A DNA stretch of 64,000 nucleotides from a virus (taxonomy: Duplodnaviria > Caudoviricetes). A model generated the notes under the pieces. It made no database searches, had not been told where the DNA came from, and saw only the letters and a list, made by a program, of their open reading frames with translations. Shown here piece after piece: positions 46,446 to 56,200 of the stretch. The position numbers were made by a program, and so were the translations under genes. Positions within the stretch are counted from its first letter, which is position 1. The number at the start of each line of letters is the position of its first letter. The stretch covers positions 1 to 64,000 of the IMG/VR virus record IMGVR_UViG_3300037781_000042, one strand, 5' to 3'.

Positions 46446-47912
46446 ATGATAGATTTAAAAACAAAAACATATTCGGCAGAAGCAAATTACAATACAATAA
46501 ATTGGGATGGTAGTGATTTATTGTTTAATGGCGTAGTAGTTGGAAACGGAGATGAAATAAATGTAACTTTAGAATCTACCGATCAAGTAATGTCTTCGGT
46601 ATCTGGTTATTTGGAGTATAAAGGACAATCTTCTACTGACTCAATTAAAATAACTTTAAATTTAAGCAACGGAGAAATTATTAATTTATTTAATGATTCT
46701 ACAAATACTCTTACTGTTGTTATCGATTCTGATTCTACACCACCTTATAAAATACTGCTTGGTAGCTATGATCTTGTTAGAGTTATATTCATAAATGATA
46801 TTTTTTTATTAATATCTAATACAGATGCTTTAGAAAGTTTATGGGAATTTAATGAAGTTACTTGTACAATAACAAATACTGCGGCTCTTGATAGTAACGG
46901 ACAAGCATGGGCATGGGGTCAAGCAAGTTTTGGTCAATTAGGAAATGATAATTCAGTAGGAGAAACTTTTACTCCTGTACAAGTCTGTGGTGGTCATACG
47001 TTCTGTAAGATAACTAGTTCTCAGTATACTATTTATGCTTTAAAATCAAATGGTGAGGTATGGTCATGGGGAAGATCTACTAATGGTGTTCTTGGTAATA
47101 ATACTTCATTTCCTGATGTATCTACTCCTGTGCAAGTCTGTGGTGGTCATACGTTCTGTAAGATAAATTCAACGGATAGTCATGTTTTAGCAATAGATCA
47201 TTTAGGTGCAATGTGGGCTTGGGGAAGAAATATTTATGGAGAATTTGGTGATAACACAACTTCAAATAAATCTACACCAGTCCAAGTCTGTGGTAGTCAT
47301 ACGTTCTGTCATGTTGCAGCAGGGCAATATTTTTCAGTTGCTATAGATCATTTAGGTGCAATGTGGGCTTGGGGGAATAATTCTTATGGTCAATTGGGAG
47401 ATAATACAACAACTAGTAAACGTACACCAGTTCAAGTCTGCGGAGGCCACACGTTCTGTCATGTTGCAGCTGGTGATGAACATACAGTAGCAATAGATCA
47501 TTTAGGACAGGCTTGGTGTTGGGGTAGAGGATCTGTTGGTCGCTTAGGAGACAACACAACTTCAAATAAATCTACACCAGTCCAAGTCTGTGGTGGTCAC
47601 ACGTTCTGTCATGTTGCAGTAGGAAATGATCACTCTTTAGCAATAGATAATAATGGACAGGCATGGTCATGGGGTGAATCTGGAAATCATCAACTTGGAT
47701 ATGGATCTAATACTGATAAATGTACCCCTATGCAAGTTTGTGGAGGCCACACGTTTTGTAAAATAGAAGGAGGTTCTTCTCATTCTGTTGGTATTGATGA
47801 AAAGAATAAAATTTGGGCATGGGGTAGAAATTTTGATAGTCAGATAGGAAATAATGAAACTGATAATTTTGTATGTTTTCCTGAAAGTGTTGTAATAAAT
47901 AATCTTTCTTAA
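46446..47912 (+). CDS. RCC1-repeat beta-propeller protein 3
   Basis: Six CG[GS]HTFC repeats (46980-47733). Confidence 0.88.
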   Translation: MIDLKTKTYSAEANYNTINWDGSDLLFNGVVVGNGDEINVTLESTDQVMSSVSGYLEYKGQSSTDSIKITLNLSNGEIINLFNDSTNTLTVVIDSDSTPPYKILLGSYDLVRVIFINDIFLLISNTDALESLWEFNEVTCTITNTAALDSNGQAWAWGQASFGQLGNDNSVGETFTPVQVCGGHTFCKITSSQYTIYALKSNGEVWSWGRSTNGVLGNNTSFPDVSTPVQVCGGHTFCKINSTDSHVLAIDHLGAMWAWGRNIYGEFGDNTTSNKSTPVQVCGSHTFCHVAAGQYFSVAIDHLGAMWAWGNNSYGQLGDNTTTSKRTPVQVCGGHTFCHVAAGDEHTVAIDHLGQAWCWGRGSVGRLGDNTTSNKSTPVQVCGGHTFCHVAVGNDHSLAIDNNGQAWSWGESGNHQLGYGSNTDKCTPMQVCGGHTFCKIEGGSSHSVGIDEKNKIWAWGRNFDSQIGNNETDNFVCFPESVVINNLS

Positions 47913-47930
47913 CAATATTGGAATTTCAAA

Positions 47931-48578
47931 TTGGAAATTAAAAATACTACTTTAATATTAATAGATTGTGTAGATATAGATAGAGCAATAGATTCTATGA
48001 ATATCACTAAAAATTATTGTGATTTTGATGATGTTAAACTATTATCCTCAATAGACACAAATCATCCTGATTTTATAGAAATACCTCATATAGATTCTAT
48101 ACCTGAATATAGTAAGTTTGTTCTTAGAGATTTAACTAATTATGTAGATACAGACTATGTTTTAATTACTCAGTGGGATGGATTTATCTTAAATCCAGAA
48201 GCTTGGAATGATGAATTTTTTAAATATGACTATATTGGAGCTCCTTGGAATTTAAGAAATTGGGTAGTCGGAAACGGTGGTTTTTCTTTAAGATCTAAAA
48301 AATTGATTGATTTAACATCAGATATATACAATAAGTTCAATGTTCACGCAGTGAAGCATCCAGAAGATTTTATAATCTGTGGATATTTTAGAGATTTTTT
48401 AGAACGTTTTTATGATATAAAATTTCCTACTGTAGAGTTTGCTGATACTTTTTCAGTTGAAGATAGAGGTAAATGGACAGGACAATTTGGATTTCATAGT
48501 TTTGAAAAGTTAGACATTTTTAAAGATGGGTGGATTCCTCCTGATATTGAATATAAAACAGAATTATTTGTCAAATAA
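47931..48578 (+). CDS. DUF5672-like putative glycosyltransferase
   Basis: LITQWDGFI, YDYIGAPW, VGNGGFSLRSK, PED and FGFH. TTG start. Confidence 0.7.
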   Translation: MEIKNTTLILIDCVDIDRAIDSMNITKNYCDFDDVKLLSSIDTNHPDFIEIPHIDSIPEYSKFVLRDLTNYVDTDYVLITQWDGFILNPEAWNDEFFKYDYIGAPWNLRNWVVGNGGFSLRSKKLIDLTSDIYNKFNVHAVKHPEDFIICGYFRDFLERFYDIKFPTVEFADTFSVEDRGKWTGQFGFHSFEKLDIFKDGWIPPDIEYKTELFVK

Positions 48579-48592
48579 AGAGAGAATTATCA

Positions 48593-50242
48593 ATGAAAGA
48601 TAATTGCGTATTATTGGTCAACCGACCAGAAAATCCTGTAATAAATCCTATAGTAAGTGAAAATATAAAAAAATATGCAGATAAGATAAACGCAGATTTT
48701 GTTTATAGTCAATCTCCATTAGGATCATCTCAGCTTTATCATTATTTAAAAGATTATAAAAGAGTAATTTGTTTAAATGGAAATATTATAATTAGAGATG
48801 ATTGTCCTAATTTATTTGATATAGTACCTAAAAAGAAAATAGGTTTATTAAATGATAGTTTTTTTAGAAATGTAGCTTTGGATTTTTCAGAAGCTAAAAG
48901 AAATTATCCTGATATGGCTAAGAGTGTTCGTAAATGGGAAGGAAAATATTATAATACAAATGTAATTGTAGCTTCAAGAAAAGATAGAAATTTATTCAAG
49001 AGTCCACATTTTGTAGCAGAAACAGGATTACCCCCAGAACACCAACTTTTAAATCTACGTATAATTTTAGAAAAGAAAAAAGTATTTGAATTAGAATCTA
49101 AATTTAATAGAGCACACTACATGGATAAGACTAAAGGTAACGATAGATTATCTGCTTATATTATAAATTATGAAGGCGCTCCTATAAATCAATTATATCC
49201 TATTTTAGTCGGTGATTTACGTAAATGGGATAATGAAACAGATTATTCTAAATTTGATAAAAGAGAAGTGATAATTGAAGTGTCTGCTGGAATGGGCGAC
49301 CAAATATGTACTGAACCTGTAATTCGTTATATTAAAGATACTGAATTTAAAAATGATAATATTACGGTATTGACACATCATCCAAGATTGTTTAGACATA
49401 TAGAAGGTGTTAAAGTTTTAGATTATAACGAATTTAATGGAGTAGACACAAATCCTTTACAGTTAAAATCTTGTCCTAGTGATCAAGACAGTCCCCATAA
49501 GCTAAGTCATATTTATTTTCATCCTACTGATTTTTCTTCAATGTCTATTATCAAAAAGACAATTCCAAATATTCATAAAACTATTAAATTAGAAGCTACT
49601 TTAGAGGGAGTGTCTGAAATTATGGATATTGTAGGAGATCCAGAAATATTAGAAAATATGATATTAATTCACCCTGGTAAGTGGTGGGAATCTAAAACTT
49701 TTCCAGAAGAATGGTGGCAGGAAATAATAGACGGTTTAGATAAAGAAGGATTTACTGTAGGGTTAATAGGAAAAACACTTTCAGGTAAACAAGGTTTTGT
49801 TGATGTTGAATGTCCTGAGAATGGTATTGATTTTAGAGATTTGACTACTTTAGATGGAATGTTAACTCTTATAGAAAAATGTCCTGTTCTATTGACTAAT
49901 GATTCTTCCCCTATTCATATTGGCGGAGCATTTGATAATTGGATAGTAACCTTAGCTACAGCAAAATTAGATGACCATATACTTCCATACAGAAAAGGAA
50001 CTCAATATTATAAAACAGTTAATCTTTGTAAAGGATTATTAATAGATGAACTTAATTTATCTTGGTTAGATGAAAAACCTGATACGATTGCAGATATTCC
50101 AAAGGGTAAGAAAATTGAAGATTATTTACCAGAACCTTCTGATGTCATTAAAGTACTTAAAGCTATAAATGATAAAAAAGTAGATGATTATTGGAGACTA
50201 ACACAAGATACGTTTGATATATACAGTATAATAGAAGAGTAA
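48593..50242 (+). CDS. Two-domain glycosyltransferase (GT-A/GT8-like N-terminus plus GT9 heptosyltransferase-like C-terminus)
   Basis: N-terminus has IIIRDDCPNLF, YNTNVIV and EHQLLN. C-terminus has GMGDQI, LIHPG, DFRDLTTL..MLTLIEKC and LTNDSSPIHIGGAF. Confidence 0.75.
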   Translation: MKDNCVLLVNRPENPVINPIVSENIKKYADKINADFVYSQSPLGSSQLYHYLKDYKRVICLNGNIIIRDDCPNLFDIVPKKKIGLLNDSFFRNVALDFSEAKRNYPDMAKSVRKWEGKYYNTNVIVASRKDRNLFKSPHFVAETGLPPEHQLLNLRIILEKKKVFELESKFNRAHYMDKTKGNDRLSAYIINYEGAPINQLYPILVGDLRKWDNETDYSKFDKREVIIEVSAGMGDQICTEPVIRYIKDTEFKNDNITVLTHHPRLFRHIEGVKVLDYNEFNGVDTNPLQLKSCPSDQDSPHKLSHIYFHPTDFSSMSIIKKTIPNIHKTIKLEATLEGVSEIMDIVGDPEILENMILIHPGKWWESKTFPEEWWQEIIDGLDKEGFTVGLIGKTLSGKQGFVDVECPENGIDFRDLTTLDGMLTLIEKCPVLLTNDSSPIHIGGAFDNWIVTLATAKLDDHILPYRKGTQYYKTVNLCKGLLIDELNLSWLDEKPDTIADIPKGKKIEDYLPEPSDVIKVLKAINDKKVDDYWRLTQDTFDIYSIIEE

Positions 50243-50244
50243 AT

Positions 50245-51075
50245 ATGTCAGAAGCAGCTTTAAATACATATATTAGTGATTTAATCACAGCAGGAACCAT
50301 TGAAGATGGTTACTTAACAGGACTATTGTCTAATGGAAATGGGAGAGCTACGTTTTCTTTTTTAAGATTTAATACAATTTACGAAGAAAATGTACTTATA
50401 AAATCTACAGTAGATGGTTATAAGTATTATAAAATAGCCAAAGAACCTGTTCTTCCTGGAGTAGAATCAGTTGAATTAGGAGATCTTTATCAAAAAATAG
50501 AAGCTTTAGAAGAGAAGTTAAATAATGTAAATTTAATACTTTCAGAAGGTTTACCTAAAGATGAAACATATAAAGATTCTTATAAAGTAGATAAAACTGA
50601 TGTAATAATAGATGCTTGGAAAGATTATATTAGATTAAATCCTGACATTGTTCATCCTGACATTGTAGATGGCTTAGAAAATTACAATACACCAGATGGT
50701 GATTTAAATCAAACTCAGATTGATAATAAGGATAAAGTTAAAAAATGGGTTAAAAAATTAAAAGCACGTAATAGGATAGAAGTTGAAGTTGGAGATATTT
50801 ATGATCTTCATGCAGATTTATCTAAACGTGTTGCTATTATCGAAAGATTAGCAATGAGACATTTCTTAGATTATATTAGTGAATATACAATGATTCAAGC
50901 ATATAAAGATGCTTATAGTGCAATTACAAAACCTCAAATACAAGCAGTAGATGCGGGAACTATTTTAGATAGATCTGATCTATTAGATACATCAGAAATG
51001 ATAACTGAATTAAGTACACGTAGAGGAAAAATAAAAGATATAATTAAGGAGGAGATGATCGATCCTGAAGATTAA
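50245..51075 (+). CDS. Hypothetical protein (fibre-operon associated)
   Basis: 276-aa ORF in a tight operon. Confidence 0.7.
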   Translation: MSEAALNTYISDLITAGTIEDGYLTGLLSNGNGRATFSFLRFNTIYEENVLIKSTVDGYKYYKIAKEPVLPGVESVELGDLYQKIEALEEKLNNVNLILSEGLPKDETYKDSYKVDKTDVIIDAWKDYIRLNPDIVHPDIVDGLENYNTPDGDLNQTQIDNKDKVKKWVKKLKARNRIEVEVGDIYDLHADLSKRVAIIERLAMRHFLDYISEYTMIQAYKDAYSAITKPQIQAVDAGTILDRSDLLDTSEMITELSTRRGKIKDIIKEEMIDPED

Positions 51076-51080
51076 GTAAA

Positions 51081-51545
51081 ATGAATTATTCAGAAAAAAT
51101 AAAAATTGCTTTTTACAGAGGTCGATATTCAAAAAACATTGTAAGTAAACTAATTGCGTGGTTTACTTTTTCTATGTACAGTCATGTAGAAATTATTATA
51201 GATGAATTTTCATATAGTTCTAGAACAAGCACAAAAGGAGTTTCTAAGCAAATAGTAGATTATGCAGTAGAACCCGAACTTTGGGATATATTTACTGTTG
51301 AAGTTTCTGAAGAAACAGTAAGAGAGATAATTCAATTTTTTAATTCTACGGATAGATCTAAATATGACTGGATCGGAATATTTTTCTATCATTTACTTCC
51401 TATAGAAATAGAAGATCCTAAAAAATGGTATTGTAGTGAATGGGTTGCACGAGCTCTTAAATTTCAATACCCTACATTATTTAAAAAAATACAATGTACT
51501 CCTGGTAAATTATTTCAAAAGGTTCAAAAAATACAACATAATTAA
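51081..51545 (+). CDS. Permuted papain-like (YiiX/YebB, NlpC/P60-type) amidase/peptidase
   Basis: YSHVEI (His) precedes YDWIGI and WYCSEWVARAL (Cys), the permuted order. Confidence 0.7.
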   Translation: MNYSEKIKIAFYRGRYSKNIVSKLIAWFTFSMYSHVEIIIDEFSYSSRTSTKGVSKQIVDYAVEPELWDIFTVEVSEETVREIIQFFNSTDRSKYDWIGIFFYHLLPIEIEDPKKWYCSEWVARALKFQYPTLFKKIQCTPGKLFQKVQKIQHN

Positions 51546-51572
51546 AACTATTTAAAATTTTCTAAGTATAAT
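51544..51572 (+). promoter_or_regulatory. Putative middle promoter AAAACT-N17-TATAAT
   Basis: Exact hexamers with a 17-nt spacer upstream of the SPFH gene. Confidence 0.6.
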
Positions 51573-51607
51573 TAATATTAGTAATTTTTTATATTAAGGA
51601 GTTTTAT

Positions 51608-52939
51608 ATGTTAATGTTTATTGGTATTTTAATAATTTTGGTAGGAATTGCATCCTTTGTACTTCCTCTTTTCCTAGATTTGGGTCCAAATAGTTTTTTG
51701 GTAAAAATGAAAACCAAAGTAAAATTGATTATTTTTGCTGTAGGTATTCTTTTTATGTTCTTTTCTAAATCTTTGATGTATTCTGTTCCAGGACATCAAT
51801 ATTTTGTAGTTGATCCCTTTGGAAATAAAAGTGCAATTATGAGTGAAGGTTATAAATTTATATTTCCTTTTTCATCCATTTCTGAATGGACAAAATATAT
51901 TGATATTAAAGTAGTATCGGAAAAAGATGTTAAAAGAAATAAAATAGATCTTTCTTTGATTGAAGGTGTTATGGATCCAACAGGAATTCGTTTCATTGAT
52001 CAAGTAACTGGAGATGTTTATATTTCAACTAGATTTAAATTGCCTTCTACTGAAAAAGATTTTATTGACATTGCTATAAAATATAGATCCGAAAGAAATC
52101 TTATTGACAATACTTTAATCCCTACAATTAGAGAAAATATTGTTAATACTGGATATATGTTTGCTGCACAGGATTATATTTCAGGAGAGTCTCAAAAATT
52201 TAGATCTACATTAGATGAACAGCTTAAATATGGTACTTACGCAGTAAATAAAATAGAAACAAGAGATACTGTTTATAGTGAATCTGATAAAGAAAAATCT
52301 AGAGAAATAAAAGAAATTCAAACTAAATATACTGTTGAAAAACAATTAGGAAAAGATGGGAGACCTATTAGAATTCCACATGAATTGACAGAAAACAATA
52401 TTACTGTTTCTCAAGTAATTGTAGACGCTGTAGATTTAAATAAAACGTTTAAGAAAAGATTAGAAGCACAAAGAGATGAATCGGCTAAACGTCAATTAGA
52501 ACAACAAAAAATTGAAACTGCAAAAGCTGCTCAATCTAGAATTATAGCAGAAGGCGAAAGAGATAAAGCTGCCGAAAGAGTAAATCAAGAAAAAGAACAA
52601 GTTAAAGCTTTGATTGCAATTGAAACACAATTGAAACAAGAAGAGACAAAAAGACAACTTGCTGAAATTGCTCTTAAAACCCAACAATTAGATGCGAAAA
52701 GAGTAATTGTAGATGCTGAAGCCCAAGCAAGAAAAAATAGATTATTAGTTCAAGCAGGTTTAACACCACAAGAAAGAGCAGAATGGAACTATAAAACTTC
52801 TGTAGAAGTTGCTAAACAAATGAAAGATTTAAAACTTCCAACTGTTATGGCTAATGGAGGCGGAGAAGGTTCTTCAAGTTTAGAAGGATTATTAAAAGTT
52901 GTTCTTGGGAAAGAATTACAAGAGAAAATGAAAAAATAA
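51608..52939 (+). CDS. SPFH / band-7 membrane protein
   Basis: Two N-terminal TM helices, a band-7-like domain (IRFIDQ, VIVDAVD), the coiled coil KKRLEAQRDESAKRQLEQQ, and AE-rich flotillin-like repeats. Confidence 0.8.
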   Translation: MLMFIGILIILVGIASFVLPLFLDLGPNSFLVKMKTKVKLIIFAVGILFMFFSKSLMYSVPGHQYFVVDPFGNKSAIMSEGYKFIFPFSSISEWTKYIDIKVVSEKDVKRNKIDLSLIEGVMDPTGIRFIDQVTGDVYISTRFKLPSTEKDFIDIAIKYRSERNLIDNTLIPTIRENIVNTGYMFAAQDYISGESQKFRSTLDEQLKYGTYAVNKIETRDTVYSESDKEKSREIKEIQTKYTVEKQLGKDGRPIRIPHELTENNITVSQVIVDAVDLNKTFKKRLEAQRDESAKRQLEQQKIETAKAAQSRIIAEGERDKAAERVNQEKEQVKALIAIETQLKQEETKRQLAEIALKTQQLDAKRVIVDAEAQARKNRLLVQAGLTPQERAEWNYKTSVEVAKQMKDLKLPTVMANGGGEGSSSLEGLLKVVLGKELQEKMKK

Positions 52940-52977
52940 ATTTGGCTCGTCACCGACTCTCTATTTTTTTTAGAGAT

Positions 52978-53010
52978 AAAGGCTATCTATTAATTTAGGT
53001 AGCCTTTTTT
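52978..53010 (+). terminator. Rho-independent terminator
   Basis: aaaggctatcta / taggtagccttt stem followed by a T run. Confidence 0.7.
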
Positions 53011-53054
53011 ATTGTCAAAAATATATAATTTTAGAATAACCCATTAAAAGTATT

Positions 53055-53231
53055 ATGAAAGCTTTATATTTAATTTTAGCAACACTTTTGTTATTTAGTT
53101 GTAATAACCCTCAAGGAAAAATTGTAATGTCACCAGAAGAATTTGGTGTAGGTGGCTTTATTTTATTAGGCTGCGCAATTGCCGTTTTTCCAGTAACTAT
53201 TTACTTAATGAAAAGAAAAAAGAAAAAGTAA
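53055..53231 (+). CDS. Small lipoprotein with a C-terminal transmembrane helix (58 aa)
   Basis: Not in the ORF track. MKALYLILATLLLFS-CNN...GGFILLGCAIAVFPVTIYLMKRKKKK. Confidence 0.6.
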   Translation: MKALYLILATLLLFSCNNPQGKIVMSPEEFGVGGFILLGCAIAVFPVTIYLMKRKKKK

Positions 53232-53251
53232 AACCTTAAGAAATCTCTTAA

Positions 53252-53260
53252 AATATATAG
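53252..53260 (+). promoter_or_regulatory. Putative late promoter AATATATAG
   Basis: Exact motif before the second collagen fibre gene. Confidence 0.65.
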
Positions 53261-53284
53261 AGTATATCTTGAAATTACTCTATA

Positions 53285-56200
53285 ATGGCAATTTTTAATA
53301 AAGCAGATCAGCTTTATAAGCATCTATTAAATAAAAAATTAACTTCTTCTAATAAAGATTATTATGAAGAGGTTACTGATTCTCGAATAGGGAATATTGC
53401 TGCTCAATATATTTGGGCAGATAATATTTCTGAAACTCCTCCTGTTTCTACAACAGCAACAATTCAAGTTTATACAGATAAAATTCTAAAAGAAGATCCT
53501 ACTGTAGATGATTCTAGAGTATGGAGTGCTGTTACAGATCATTCTATCGATCATGATTTTTCTGCTCGTTCAGATGGATCAAATCCTAGATTAGCTAATT
53601 GGATTCCTCCTCAATTTGGAGAAGATTATAGAATAGTAATTAAAGATTCATTAGGAAATGAACTTTCAAGATATACTGATTGGCTATTTGATTACGAAAC
53701 AGGTACATTAGTTTTTGCAGATACTCCTCCAGTAAATAGACCTTTTTCTGTTACAGGATATAGATACATAGGAAATTTAGGTATTACTTCTGCTACAGGA
53801 TTTACTGGCGCTCAAGGTGCTCAGGGACCACAAGGAAATCAAGGTAATCAAGGATGGCAAGGGATTCCTGGTTCTGCTACAGCAACAGGTGCTCAAGGAA
53901 ATCAAGGAAACCAGGGAGATTTTGGACCACAGGGATGGCAAGGTAACCAAGGTAACCAAGGAAACCAGGGTAACCAAGGATGGCAAGGTAATGCAGGTAC
54001 TATAGGTGCTGATGGGGTGCAAGGAAACCAGGGTAACCAAGGATGGCAAGGATTTGGTGGGGTTCCTGGTCCTACAGGTGCTCAAGGATGGCAGGGTAAT
54101 CAGGGTAACCAGGGTTGGCAAGGTTCTAAAGGAGATCAAGGTATTAGAGGTTTTCAAGGTAACCAAGGTAACCAAGGATGGCAAGGAAACCAAGGTAACC
54201 AGGGTTGGCAAGGGATTCCTGGTTCTGCTACAGCAACAGGTGCTCAAGGTAATGAAGGTCCTCAAGGTGGAATAGGTCCTCAAGGTAATCAAGGTAATCA
54301 AGGATGGCAGGGTAATCAAGGTAATCAGGGTTGGCAAGGTTCTGGTGTACAAGGCAATCAAGGTAATCAAGGTAATCAAGGATGGCAGGGTTCTGGCGTT
54401 CAAGGATCTCAAGGCAATCAAGGATGGCAGGGTAATCAAGGTAATCAAGGATGGCAAGGTTCTGGTGTACAAGGCAATCAAGGATGGCAAGGATTTAAAG
54501 GAGATAAAGGTAATCAAGGAAATAAAGGTAACCAAGGAGATTTTGGTCCTACTGGTGTACAAGGTAACCAGGGTAACCAAGGATGGCAAGGTTCTATCGG
54601 ATTTCAAGGCAACCAAGGATGGCAAGGTGAAAAAGGAGACACTGGAGATACTGGAGATCAAGGTGTGCAAGGTAACCAGGGTAACCAAGGATGGCAAGGT
54701 TCTGGTGTACAAGGATCTCAGGGTTTAAAAGGTAATCAAGGTAATCAAGGATGGCAAGGTTCTAAAGGAGATATTGGTTTACAGGGTTGGCAAGGTTCTA
54801 AAGGAGATACTGGAGATACTGGAGATCAAGGTGTACAAGGTAACCAGGGTAACCAGGGTAGAAGAGGATTCCAAGGTTTAGTTGGGAATCAGGGTAATCA
54901 AGGATGGCAAGGTAATCAAGGATGGCAAGGTGAAATAGGTCCGACTGGTTCTACGGGGGTACAAGGTAACCAGGGTAACCAGGGTAACCAAGGTTTAAAA
55001 GGAAACCAGGGTAACCAAGGATGGCAAGGTGAAATAGGTCCAACGGGTCCAACTGGAGATCAAGGTGTACAAGGGAATAAAGGGAATCAAGGGAATCAAG
55101 GTAGAAGAGGATTTCAAGGTTTAGTTGGGAATCAGGGTAACCAAGGATGGCAGGGTAATCAAGGTAACCAAGGTAACCAGGGTTGGCAAGGTTTAAAAGG
55201 AGATACTGGTGTACAAGGTAATCAAGGTAACCAAGGATGGCAAGGTTTTAAAGGAGATACTGGTGTACAAGGTACCCAAGGTAATCAAGGATGGCAAGGT
55301 GAAATAGGTCCGACTGGTTCTACGGGGGTACAAGGGTCTCAAGGTTTAAGAGGATATCAGGGTAACCAAGGATGGCAAGGTAATGCAGGAACAGATGGTA
55401 ACCAAGGTAACCAAGGAAATCAAGGTAACCAGGGTAATCAAGGATGGCAAGGTTTAATTGGTTTACAGGGTGTACAAGGAAATCAGGGTAACCAAGGTAA
55501 CCAAGGTAATGTTGGATTCCAAGGTAATCAAGGTAATCAAGGAAACCAAGGTAATCAAGGACCTTTAACTTTAGCAGGAGACAATTGGGCATATAACACT
55601 AAAACTATTTATGGTTATGGAGCACCATGTACTTATGAACCGCCATTATTAAAATTTGAAGGTTCGTTAGTAGGAGCTGAAGTTTCTTTAAAGGATGAAC
55701 ATTTTGTAGATACTGATGTTACTTTATCAGGCTCGTTGACTAAAAAACATTTTTATTACGATTTAAATTTTAAATGGAACGGAGATTCTGATAATCATTC
55801 AAACGCTTCAGATGTAGATGAAATTTACATCGGAGTATATTTTTACAACAATGATGATTCTGTATATGAATTAGTAGATTCTTATAGAGCTTCAGCAGAT
55901 GAAAATTTAGATTATTCTTTACAAACTAGAGCAGCTTTTTATCCTACAGATGATACAAAAACTTCTAGATTTAAGATAATTCTTTCTACTAGTTCAACAT
56001 TTACTACAACAAGTACTATTACACCAAATGCGAATTTAGATAAGTTTTTATTTGAATTTAATGTGTATGAAGTTGCTATTGGATCATATAGAGGATTTTC
56101 TAGTGGAGGACCTGGATTCCAAAAATATCAAGCAATTGTTGCTTCTGGTATAAATGTTCCTGAGTCAAACACTGGAGATACTTATGTTGACATGTCAGAC

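Noticed and set aside
44021-47760. Regularly spaced ~27-nt direct repeats (caagtctgtggtggtcatacgttctgt) that look like a CRISPR array
   Set aside because: The period is 150 nt, the repeats are in frame within RCC1 coding sequence, they vary at synonymous positions, and no cas genes are present.
43421-47912. Diversity-generating retroelement acting on the receptor-binding genes
   Set aside because: No reverse transcriptase and no non-coding template repeat with adenine-specific mismatches is visible in the window.
41524-55592. Long alternative-frame or antisense ORFs (41521-41724, 41936-42874, 53777-54712, 53817-54728, 55320-55592)
   Set aside because: They are shadows of the collagen repeats, whose 9-nt units lack stop codons in other frames. 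They have no independent starts or motifs.
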